DNA from: a virus
Lineage: Duplodnaviria > Caudoviricetes
IMG/VR virus record: IMGVR_UViG_3300048447_000070
Span: 1-30,609 of that record
DNA: 30,609 bases
Direction: 5' to 3' (one strand)
Below are positions 23,147 through 30,609 of the stretch, piece after piece. Each line of letters opens with the position of its first letter. Positions within the stretch are counted from its first letter, which is position 1. The position numbers and the translations under genes were made by a program. The notes below the pieces were generated by a model, which saw nothing but the letters and a program-made list of their open reading frames with translations, ran no database searches and was not told where the DNA came from.

Positions 23147-23664
23147 TGCCTCAAGCTAAAATAATATCTACTACTGGATCTGAAATAGTTACGGTAACAG
23201 ATGCGAAAAACTTTATTAGAATCGACACTAGCGATGATGATGCCTTATTAGGTAATATGATTGAGCAAGCTAGAATCTGGTGTGAAAATTACATAGGAAA
23301 GGATATCGTAGCTAAAAGCAGAAAGTATTATATTGAGGAGGTTTCTAATAGATTTGAGATACCTTTCTCGCCTATCGATACGATTACATCAGTAACCTCA
23401 GAGGGTTCTACTATGAATTATACTACTTATGGCTTATATGATGATGTAATAGAGTTAAACAATCTAGGTAAAAATAAAGATGTTATAGTTAGCTATACTA
23501 CATCTGGATCAGATGATGCATTACTACAGCACGCTATTTTGCAGTTTGTTTCTACTCTTTATGATAATAGAGCTGATTTTATTGTAATGCAAGGCGTTTC
23601 TTTTGTAGAAGTTCCTGCTAATGTGGAGCATATATTATCGCCTTATAAAAACGCTTTTATTTAA
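23146..23664 (+). CDS. Head-tail connector (HK97 gp6/SPP1 gp15-like adaptor)
   Basis: VT..DAKNFIRID...DD.LL...I..AR...ENY, AILQ.V..LYDNR and ILSPYK motifs. Confidence 0.9.
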   Translation: MPQAKIISTTGSEIVTVTDAKNFIRIDTSDDDALLGNMIEQARIWCENYIGKDIVAKSRKYYIEEVSNRFEIPFSPIDTITSVTSEGSTMNYTTYGLYDDVIELNNLGKNKDVIVSYTTSGSDDALLQHAILQFVSTLYDNRADFIVMQGVSFVEVPANVEHILSPYKNAFI

Positions 23665-23996
23665 TGGATGCTGGAAAATTAGATACTAGAGTAGAAATAA
23701 AAACTCTTACAAAAACCTCAGATGGTTTTGGCGGATTCACAGCTACGGCATCTGTAAGCGCTACAGTTTGGGCGTATGTCAAAGAGGTGAAAGGTGATGT
23801 ACAGAGTAACGAATATACTAGAGGGCGCTATCTAAATGTAGACATTGTATTAAGGGATAAAACTTTTGATGAAAATAATATAAACGAAAGTACTATCTTA
23901 AAGGTGCAGAGTAAAGATGGAGATTATAGAATAACTGGAATCTATGAAGGGTTTAAAAATAAATTCGTAAAGATATCAGCTACCAAAAGAGATTAG
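23664..23996 (+). CDS. Head-closure protein (SPP1 gp16-like)
   Basis: MDAGKLDTRVEI......DGFGG.......TVWA.V motif and gene position. Confidence 0.88.
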   Translation: MDAGKLDTRVEIKTLTKTSDGFGGFTATASVSATVWAYVKEVKGDVQSNEYTRGRYLNVDIVLRDKTFDENNINESTILKVQSKDGDYRITGIYEGFKNKFVKISATKRD

Positions 23997-24000
23997 CGCA

Positions 24001-24357
24001 ATGAAATTAGATCCAAAATCCTATAAAAAGCTACAGGGTAAAATCACTAAATTAAAGGCGATTGATAAAATGATTTTATCAGAAGAGATAGGAAAGTCGG
24101 CTTTATCTATTACTAGGGAAATGCAAAAGATAGCTCCTTATAAAACACGAAATTTGATTAGGAATATTAAAGCTGTAGTAAATAATAAGCAGGCGGAAAT
24201 AAGGTCTGATGCTCCATACTCTGGATATGTAGAATTTGGAGGAGGCAATCCTAGTAAAGGTGGTAGAGAAATACCATTCTTTTATCCTACTGTAAATAAG
24301 GGTATAAGAGAATTAATTAACAGCATAGATAAGAGAATTAAAAAGTTACTTAAATGA
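24001..24357 (+). CDS. HK97 gp10-like neck/tail-completion protein
   Basis: AP..T.NL..NI, APYSGYVEFG and PFFYP motifs. Confidence 0.85.
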   Translation: MKLDPKSYKKLQGKITKLKAIDKMILSEEIGKSALSITREMQKIAPYKTRNLIRNIKAVVNNKQAEIRSDAPYSGYVEFGGGNPSKGGREIPFFYPTVNKGIRELINSIDKRIKKLLK

Positions 24358-24794
24358 TAGAGGCAATACATCACATCAGAAAGGAGATTATAACGCTTCT
24401 AACGGATGCAATTACAGTAGATGGTAATTATGTGCCAGTTTATAATAAAGTGCCACAAAACGCATCTGAGCCGTTTATAAGGGTTTATTCTGTAGATACC
24501 CAGGAGATAGATGAAAATCAAACCTCTTTTAATATTATATGCACTTCTAGGATTGACGTAGTGACTTCTTTTTTAGGTGATACAGGGGGGGAGCTACAAG
24601 CGAATCGAATAGTTTCTACTGTTTTAAACTTGATAAGAACTAGATCGGATAATTATTTTGATTTAAGCGCCAATAATTTAAACGTATATACTTGCACAGT
24701 AGACAGCGTTAAATATTTGGAGGATGTCGATGACGATAAGACCTTTTATAAGGGTGTTGTAACTGTAGAGAATAGAGTAGAAAAAACAAGTTAA
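24354..24794 (+). CDS. Tail terminator protein (SPP1 gp17/DUF3168-like)
   Basis: VPVYNKVP.NA..PFI.V motif, 146 aa, follows the gp10-like gene. Confidence 0.78.
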   Translation: MIEAIHHIRKEIITLLTDAITVDGNYVPVYNKVPQNASEPFIRVYSVDTQEIDENQTSFNIICTSRIDVVTSFLGDTGGELQANRIVSTVLNLIRTRSDNYFDLSANNLNVYTCTVDSVKYLEDVDDDKTFYKGVVTVENRVEKTS

Positions 24795-24812
24795 ATAAAT
24801 AAGCTATAAAAG

Positions 24813-25274
24813 ATGAGATTTATCAGCAAACATATAAGCTGGGGGGAGGCGATAAAGTCAAAGACAGCAGAGAAAAAGGAGATAGAGAACACGCCAGGAG
24901 AGTTGGATGTGCAAAACATGAAAAAACTTGCCAAAAATGTATTCGAGCCATTGAGAGAATGGGCAAAAGAGCCGATTCGTGTAAATAGTTTTTATAGATC
25001 TGTGGAGCTTTGCGAAGCTATAGGATCTAAATCTACCAGTCAGCACGCTAAAGGTCAAGCTATAGATATAGATGCTACTGGGGATAAAACAAATGCAGAG
25101 CTATTTGAATACATTAAGGAAAACTTAGATTTTGATCAATTGATCTGGGAGTTTGGAGATGATGATAATCCAGATTGGATTCACGTTTCCTATGTAGGGG
25201 TAAGTGGAAATAGAAATAGAATATTAAAGGCAGTAAAAAAAGGTAAAAAAACAAATTACGAGTTATATGCTTAA
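24813..25274 (+). CDS. Endolysin, peptidase M15 family
   Basis: EPLR, VNSFYRS, SQH.KGQAIDI, FDQLIWEF and WIHVSY zinc-peptidase motifs. Confidence 0.9.
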   Translation: MRFISKHISWGEAIKSKTAEKKEIENTPGELDVQNMKKLAKNVFEPLREWAKEPIRVNSFYRSVELCEAIGSKSTSQHAKGQAIDIDATGDKTNAELFEYIKENLDFDQLIWEFGDDDNPDWIHVSYVGVSGNRNRILKAVKKGKKTNYELYA

Positions 25275-25641
25275 AATGTTACTCTCTCTCTTAGGTAAAA
25301 GTGATTCCTCTAAATCTAACTTAGGAGGTTTAGCTTTGGATATAAGAGAAGCTATTAAAGGTAAGGAGATGGATCCTCAGCGCCTTATAGAGCTACAGGC
25401 AGAGATTAATAAGGTAGAGGCACAAAGTAGAAGTATGTTTGTTGCTGGATGGCGACCGTTTATAGGATGGATTTGCGGTTTTGCTTTTGGCTTCCATTAT
25501 ATTGCAATGCCTTTGCTCCTAGCGTATACAGATATAGAGCCAGTAGAGTTTGATACAAATTCTTTATTTACTGTATTGATGGGAATGTTAGGGCTAGGTG
25601 GATTAAGAACCTACGAAAAATTAAAAGATAAAACTAAATAA
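25267..25641 (+). CDS. Holin (3TM, GTA-holin-like)
   Basis: FVAGWRPFIGWICG and LMGMLGLGGLRTYEK motifs; adjacent to the endolysin. Confidence 0.87.
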   Translation: MLKMLLSLLGKSDSSKSNLGGLALDIREAIKGKEMDPQRLIELQAEINKVEAQSRSMFVAGWRPFIGWICGFAFGFHYIAMPLLLAYTDIEPVEFDTNSLFTVLMGMLGLGGLRTYEKLKDKTK

Positions 25642-25642
25642 A

Positions 25643-25936
25643 ATGGCTAGTAAAGATTTATATTCAGCAAATAATTTTCATAGAATGAGTTTTGGCGATT
25701 TTGGTTTTAGATTACTAGACCATCCAGGAACTCAAGCTACTCCATCTGGAGAGCATTTTTGCATGATAGAATGTATTTCTACAAATGCCACCATTAGCTT
25801 GACTAATGACACCCCAAACGGTGACACTACTTTAACTGATTACAGCTTAAAAGAAGGTCAAATAATTTATGGAAATTTTACAGATATATCTTTATCTGGT
25901 GGTCACGTTATTTGTTATTTAAGGCGCTCTTATTAA
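25643..25936 (+). CDS. Hypothetical small beta-rich (probably virion) protein
   Basis: 97 aa; IYGNFTDISLSGG.VICY C-terminus; tightly packed with neighbours. Confidence 0.7.
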   Translation: MASKDLYSANNFHRMSFGDFGFRLLDHPGTQATPSGEHFCMIECISTNATISLTNDTPNGDTTLTDYSLKEGQIIYGNFTDISLSGGHVICYLRRSY

Positions 25937-25938
25937 TC

Positions 25939-26088
25939 ATGATAGGAGTTACTAGAGGATTAAAACAAATGGCAATAAAAAGGCGAAAGCTGATTATAAG
26001 AAAAAATAACGCCGAAACCATTAACAAATGGGAGCAAACTGATAAAAATTGGAACGGTGATAACGAAAATTGGGAAGATTTATTTTGA
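25939..26088 (+). CDS. Small protein with W-x6-W-x6-W tail (49 aa, not in ORF track)
   Basis: MIGVTRGLKQMAIKRRKLIIRKNNAETINKWEQTDKNWNGDNENWEDLF*; fills the gap exactly. Confidence 0.68.
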   Translation: MIGVTRGLKQMAIKRRKLIIRKNNAETINKWEQTDKNWNGDNENWEDLF

Positions 26089-26089
26089 T

Positions 26090-26097
26090 TAAATTTG
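26090..26097 (+). promoter_or_regulatory. -7 element TAAATTTG for the fibre gene
   Basis: TTAAATTTGTAAAAAATA (26089-26106) is identical to 27596-27613. Confidence 0.65.
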
Positions 26098-26111
26098 TAA
26101 AAAATATTTAG

Positions 26112-27599
26112 ATGGGTACTACTTTAACTGGCAATAAGATAAAAGATACTTACAAGTCACTTGTAAAAGTAAGCGATTCTACAGAGGCAGGATCAAGCGC
26201 CAAACAGTTATCAGATGGTAATGGTAATGATTTAGGACTTTACATAGATACTGATGGAGTTTTTGGTATTGGTGCGCCAGCAAGTTTTACGCTAGATGTA
26301 AGCTCCGCAAATGATGGAGTAGCTTTACCAGTAGGGACAACTGCAAACAGACCGACTGGCTCAGCTGGAATAATACGTTATAACAGCACTCTAGGGAAGC
26401 TAGAGTATTATGATAGTGCTTTTAAACAGATAGCATCTGAGAGCTACGTTAATACGCAAATAGATGCCGTATTGGATTCTGCTCCCGGTACACTAGACAC
26501 ACTAAACGAATTAGCAGCTGCATTAAATGATGACGCTAATTTTTATACTACGATAACCAACTTAATAAACGCTAAGCAGAATATACTAACCGCTGGAACT
26601 GGTATCGATATTACATCTGATACTATTTCAACTGATTTGACTGGAGGAACTGGTATAGATATTACAGGCGATACTATCTCAACGGATTTAACTGCTGGTA
26701 CAGGTATTTCTATAAGTGGTGCTACGATAACCAATGGAATGACCGCTGGTACAGGTATATCTATTACAGGCGCACAAATAAGCGCTGATTTATCTGGCTT
26801 AGTAGATACTGGAGCAATCCAAGGCGATGCAGTTACCGCTCCTAAGATAGCGCAGTTTGATGACAATTTAAGCGCTGCCGTTGCTGGTAGTTTAATGGTT
26901 TCAAATGGTACTGATTTTACAGATGTAGCAATGTCTGGGGATGTTACAATTTCTAGTGCTGGTGCTACGACTATTGGAGCTGATACAATAGACGGCACTA
27001 ACATAGCGGATGATGCTATAGATTCAGAACATATAACAGATGGCTCTATAGATGAAAGTCATTTAAACGCCACTAATACGCCTACAGATAACTACGTTTT
27101 AAGTTATGATAGTGCAAGCTCTGGCTTCACTTGGATAGAATCCTCTGGGGGGGGTGGTGCTACTACTTTTGTAGTAAATAGCTTCGATGGCGATGGTAGT
27201 ACCGTAGCATTTACTTTAACTAATACTATAGCTGATGAGAATAATTTGCAGGTTTATATAGATGGGGTTTACCAGTCAAAAAGCAATTACTCGACATCTG
27301 GTCAAGTTTTAACTTTTTCAACTGCTCCAGCTACAGGAACTGATAATATAGAGGTGACTCACGCTGTGGCTGTAGGTGGAACTCCTAGCATAGAAGTAGA
27401 TACTTTTAATGGAGATGACAGTACTGTAGGATTTACCTTAACAACTGAGCCAGCTACAAAAAATAACCTACAGATTTATATTGATGGGGTTTATCAAGCT
27501 AAAGCGAATTATTCTACAAGCGGAACGACTTTAACATTTACGACAGCTCCGCCTACAGGAACTAATAACATAGAAGTAACCCATATTAAATTATCTTAA
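26112..27599 (+). CDS. Tail fibre protein
   Basis: 495 aa, Gly/Thr/Ser/Asp-rich. LPVGTTANRP, IRYNST, APGTLDTLNELAAALNDDANF and SGDVTI fibre motifs; internal repeats. Confidence 0.85.
   Translation: MGTTLTGNKIKDTYKSLVKVSDSTEAGSSAKQLSDGNGNDLGLYIDTDGVFGIGAPASFTLDVSSANDGVALPVGTTANRPTGSAGIIRYNSTLGKLEYYDSAFKQIASESYVNTQIDAVLDSAPGTLDTLNELAAALNDDANFYTTITNLINAKQNILTAGTGIDITSDTISTDLTGGTGIDITGDTISTDLTAGTGISISGATITNGMTAGTGISITGAQISADLSGLVDTGAIQGDAVTAPKIAQFDDNLSAAVAGSLMVSNGTDFTDVAMSGDVTISSAGATTIGADTIDGTNIADDAIDSEHITDGSIDESHLNATNTPTDNYVLSYDSASSGFTWIESSGGGGATTFVVNSFDGDGSTVAFTLTNTIADENNLQVYIDGVYQSKSNYSTSGQVLTFSTAPATGTDNIEVTHAVAVGGTPSIEVDTFNGDDSTVGFTLTTEPATKNNLQIYIDGVYQAKANYSTSGTTLTFTTAPPTGTNNIEVTHIKLS
26589..26792 (+). 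repeat. Four tandem 51-bp (17-aa) repeats in the fibre
   Basis: TAGTGIDITSDTISTDL / TGGTGIDITGDTISTDL / TAGTGISISGATITNGM / TAGTGISITGAQISADL. Confidence 0.9.
27171..27584 (+). repeat. Duplicated 64-aa C-terminal domain (27171-27362 and 27393-27584)
   Basis: Both copies read F.GD.STV.FTLT......NNLQ.YIDGVYQ.K.NYSTSG..LTF.TAP.TGT.NIEVTH. Confidence 0.9.
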
Positions 27600-27604
27600 A
27601 TTTG
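27597..27604 (+). promoter_or_regulatory. -7 element TAAATTTG overlapping the fibre stop codon
   Basis: 18-nt context identical to 26089-26106. Confidence 0.62.
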
Positions 27605-27617
27605 TAAAAAATAAACC

Positions 27618-27938
27618 ATGGCATTAACTAAAATATCAAGCGGAGTACTTGGAGATGAGTTTACAACCATTGAAGCTATGAGCGCTTCGGCTGTAGATTT
27701 TTCAGCGGCTCAAGTATTTACAAAAACACTTACCGCAAACACTACTTTAACTTTTTCCAATGTTTCGACTGGAATGGTTAAGGATTTGGTGATTACAGGC
27801 GATTTCACTTTAACCTTACCTTCATCTGTTAAAATTATTACAGGAACTTATGACGGTACAGTAAGTAACTTAATTCAAATAACGTCTACTAACGGCTCTA
27901 CTGAGCAATGGGCGACAATATCTAAAGAAGCGGTATAA
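27618..27938 (+). CDS. Small fibre-associated structural protein
   Basis: 106 aa, Thr/Ser-rich beta pattern (VDFS....FTKTLTANTTLTFSN). Confidence 0.75.
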   Translation: MALTKISSGVLGDEFTTIEAMSASAVDFSAAQVFTKTLTANTTLTFSNVSTGMVKDLVITGDFTLTLPSSVKIITGTYDGTVSNLIQITSTNGSTEQWATISKEAV

Positions 27939-27939
27939 T

Positions 27940-28521
27940 ATGAAAGCAAAAGATTTTAACGGTACAATTAGAACTTATAGAAGATTACCGAGTGTTTGGG
28001 AGGATGCCAACGGTTTACATTTGAATTTCAAAAAAGCTAACCATGCTGCATTTGGTTTTTATGACGTTGTAACGCCTTCTTATGATAAGATAAGCCAAAG
28101 ATTAGGTGCTATTGAGTGGGATGCTGATAACAGCGTATTTACATACCCAGTAGTAGATATCGACTTTGCTTCTACTTATGACGTACACACACCTATTGTA
28201 GACGAAAATGGAGAAGCGGTATTAGATAGTGATGGAGAACCAACGTACAACGTAACTACTGAAAACACTTATAAGATTGACGAACTAAAGTCAGACAAAA
28301 AGAAAGCGGTAAACGAAGAGGCAGGAAGGTTGTTAAAACCGACTGACTGGTATGTAATTAGAAAGTCAGAAAGAAACGTAGCTATTCCGAGTGATGTCGT
28401 TACGGAGCGTGCTGATATTATTACTAAAGCAAACGGATTTGTTACCGATATTGATGCCTTAACGACAGTAGTTAGCGTGTTGAGGTTTACGTTTGATTAT
28501 TACCCACAGCCAGTAGTTTAA
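27940..28521 (+). CDS. Putative tail-fibre assembly chaperone
   Basis: LL.PTDWYVIRKSE....IPSDV..ERA motif resembling fibre chaperones; lies between fibre genes. Confidence 0.68.
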   Translation: MKAKDFNGTIRTYRRLPSVWEDANGLHLNFKKANHAAFGFYDVVTPSYDKISQRLGAIEWDADNSVFTYPVVDIDFASTYDVHTPIVDENGEAVLDSDGEPTYNVTTENTYKIDELKSDKKKAVNEEAGRLLKPTDWYVIRKSERNVAIPSDVVTERADIITKANGFVTDIDALTTVVSVLRFTFDYYPQPVV

Positions 28522-28530
28522 AAAAAAAAT

Positions 28531-30609
28531 ATGTTAGGAAAAAGAATTATTAATACAGGTGCAGCAGGTGCAGCAGGAGCAGCTTGTACCACAGACACAT
28601 TACAAATACTTGGAGATACTTCTTGTATAGCATATTATAAAATGTCTGATGCTACTGATGAAACAGGTTCTTATGATGGGACTGCTACTAATGTTAATTT
28701 CAACGTAGCAGGTAAGTTTGGTAATGCAGGGGAGTTTAATGGGAGTAGTAGTTATATTTCGTTAACACAACCTTTAGTTTTATCTACTGATAATTTTACA
28801 TATTCTTTTTGGATATACCCAACAACTAACACAGGTTATGGCGCACCATTAGCACAATATGGGTCAACAACTGCTAATCGAAATTTCTACTCTTATAGAA
28901 CAGGTTCAACTCAAAAAATTACCTTTGGATTAATTAGCACAGGTGGTACTTTTTTTCAGTTATTCTCCACAGGAACTACTCCTTTAAATCAGTGGTCGCA
29001 CGTTGCTCTTGTTAGAGATTCTAGTACTCAAAAAATATATTTAAACGGACAGCTTTCTGGTTCTTTATCAAATACTACTACAACTTCTACAAGTTCTGAA
29101 CCACTTTTAATTGGAGATACAAACACCTCCGTTAGTGAAAATTTTACAGGTAAAATAGACCAAGTAAGATTCTTTAACAAAGCAATAACGCAAAGCGAGG
29201 TGGAAGTGCTTTACAACGAGGTTTATTGTCAACCTACTATTGTACCTACAGATTATTTCGAACCTGTTATATATACTGGTAATGGTACAGACATAACTGT
29301 CAATACAGGTCTAAAACCAGATATGGTTTGGATAAAAGAAAGAACAAGTACTTCATCTCATAGGATAGTTGATTCCGTAAGGGGTGACAAGAAAAGAATA
29401 TTTACAAATGTAACCAACGCAGAAAGCGAGGTTGCAGCAGGTGAGGTGCTTCTTGATAACGGATTTCAAGTTGGGGCAGATAATGGTAGTAATCAAAACG
29501 GAGAAGATTACGTTGCTTGGAACTGGAAAGCAGGAGGAGCAGCAGTATCAAACACAGATGGAACTATTACAAGTCAAGTATCAGCTAATACAGATGCTGG
29601 GTTTAGTATTGTAAAGTATAGTGGCGCAGGTTCTTCTGCTACTGTAGGTCACGGATTATCTACTACTCCCGATTTAATTATTACAAAAGGCACAACTAAT
29701 GTTTCGAGTTGGGATGTTTGGCATAAAGACGTTCCAAATGCCCCTTATTTAAATGATACTGGTGCTGCTTCGGGTGTATCTCATCACGGTACACCAAATT
29801 CAACTACTTTTGGAATTACTCACGCAGGTACATATAATACAGGCGCGTATATTACATACTGCTTCCACAGCGTAGAGGGAATGTCTAAAATAGGTTCTTA
29901 CGTTGGAACGAACACAAGAACAGGTATCGTTACAGGGTTTAGACCTGCTTTTGTTATGATTAAGAGAACAGATGCTTCAAGCCCTTGGTTTATTATTGAT
30001 AACAGAAGATTTGCAACTTATCAATATGACAAATATTTACTTGCTGATTCGTCAGCAATAGAAGGAGCGCTTGGGAGTACTCAATACGTTTCGTTTTTAA
30101 GTAATGGTTTTAGTGTAGAAACTGGAACTGGTTTAAACGGTAGTGGAAATTCATACATTTTTATGGCATTCGCAGAAGAGAACGTACAACCAGAACCAGA
30201 GTTAGCTAATAGTTTTAACGTAGTTACTTATACAGGGAATGGTAGTACACAAAATGTAACTGGATTAGGATTCCAACCAGATTTAGTTTGGATAAAAGCA
30301 AGAGGGTTATCTCAAGCTCCAAACATTTTTGATAGCATAAGAGGCGGTGAATTATTAAGAACCTCTTCGACAGCTGCTTCGGGGGGAGATTACATAGATT
30401 ATATAGATGATGGGTTTCAATTTAAAGTTACAGATGCAGGATGGAATCAAAGCGGACAAAATTACGTTGGTTGGGCTTGGAAAGCATCTAATGACAGTAC
30501 TATAAATAATGACGGTAGTATATCAAGTATTGTTAGTGCGAATCCTGCTGCTGGGTTTAGTGTGGTTTCTTATGTAGGGGCAGGAACTTCTACTACAGTA
30601 GGACACGGA
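28531..30609 (+). CDS. Large receptor-binding/fibre protein with LamG (ConA-like) domain and repeated YTGNG...PD.VWIK.R domains (partial, at least 693 aa)
   Basis: Open from ATG 28531 to the window end; missing from the track because it has no stop. GKFGNAGEFNGSSSYI, WSHVALVR..KIYLNG and FTGKIDQVRFFNKA mark LamG. The YTGNG/PDMVWIKER unit starts near 29270 and recurs near 30230. Confidence 0.87.
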   Translation, partial: MLGKRIINTGAAGAAGAACTTDTLQILGDTSCIAYYKMSDATDETGSYDGTATNVNFNVAGKFGNAGEFNGSSSYISLTQPLVLSTDNFTYSFWIYPTTNTGYGAPLAQYGSTTANRNFYSYRTGSTQKITFGLISTGGTFFQLFSTGTTPLNQWSHVALVRDSSTQKIYLNGQLSGSLSNTTTTSTSSEPLLIGDTNTSVSENFTGKIDQVRFFNKAITQSEVEVLYNEVYCQPTIVPTDYFEPVIYTGNGTDITVNTGLKPDMVWIKERTSTSSHRIVDSVRGDKKRIFTNVTNAESEVAAGEVLLDNGFQVGADNGSNQNGEDYVAWNWKAGGAAVSNTDGTITSQVSANTDAGFSIVKYSGAGSSATVGHGLSTTPDLIITKGTTNVSSWDVWHKDVPNAPYLNDTGAASGVSHHGTPNSTTFGITHAGTYNTGAYITYCFHSVEGMSKIGSYVGTNTRTGIVTGFRPAFVMIKRTDASSPWFIIDNRRFATYQYDKYLLADSSAIEGALGSTQYVSFLSNGFSVETGTGLNGSGNSYIFMAFAEENVQPEPELANSFNVVTYTGNGSTQNVTGLGFQPDLVWIKARGLSQAPNIFDSIRGGELLRTSSTAASGGDYIDYIDDGFQFKVTDAGWNQSGQNYVGWAWKASNDSTINNDGSISSIVSANPAAGFSVVSYVGAGTSTTVGHG

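Noticed and set aside
24858-27004. Minus-strand ORFs 24858..25058 and 26543..27004
   Set aside because: Antisense shadows of the endolysin and the repetitive fibre.
29432-29614. 60-aa + strand ORF
   Set aside because: Out-of-frame overlap within the long 28531..>30609 gene.
27171-30609. Diversity-generating retroelement TR/VR pair suggested by duplicated fibre domains
   Set aside because: Copies are in-frame coding and differ at all base types rather than only at adenines; no reverse transcriptase is in the window.
1-30609. Stop-codon reassignment, tRNA genes, integrase/att site, inteins in terL or helicase
   Set aside because: Genes are full length in the standard code, with TAA, TAG and TGA all used as stops. 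No cloverleaf, recombinase motif or intein-sized insertion was seen.

Overview
This window is most of a tailed dsDNA phage genome (siphovirus-type, HK97-fold head), AT-rich, with every credible gene on the + strand. The host is very probably a Bacteroidota (Flavobacteriia-like) bacterium: TAnnTTTG -7 promoter elements recur in front of genes, start regions are A-rich, and one tail protein ends in a BACON-like domain. Gene order: small membrane proteins; tail tube; chaperone G/GT with a GGGAAAG -1 frameshift; tape measure; two tail-tip proteins; an early/replication block (HTH, Sak-like annealase, SSB-like, RecE-like exonuclease, DnaA-C-like HTH, VRR-NUC, initiator with internal iterons, T7-type primase-helicase); terS, terL, extended portal, MuF fused to an HExxH metallopeptidase, prohead protease, capsid; an inserted island of small ORFs plus a PD-(D/E)XK endonuclease; neck genes; M15 endolysin and holin; tail-fibre genes running off the right end. 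I found no integrase, DNA polymerase, tRNA or CRISPR array. The most notable candidate system is three short non-coding U-rich segments just 5' of intrinsic terminators (7265-7327, 22417-22474, 22857-22925). They are complementary to start-codon regions of the phage's own genes, mostly early/replication genes sharing an AAACAAAC(T) motif, which suggests trans-acting antisense sRNAs controlling an early-to-late switch. All family assignments come from motif recognition by eye, not from database searches.
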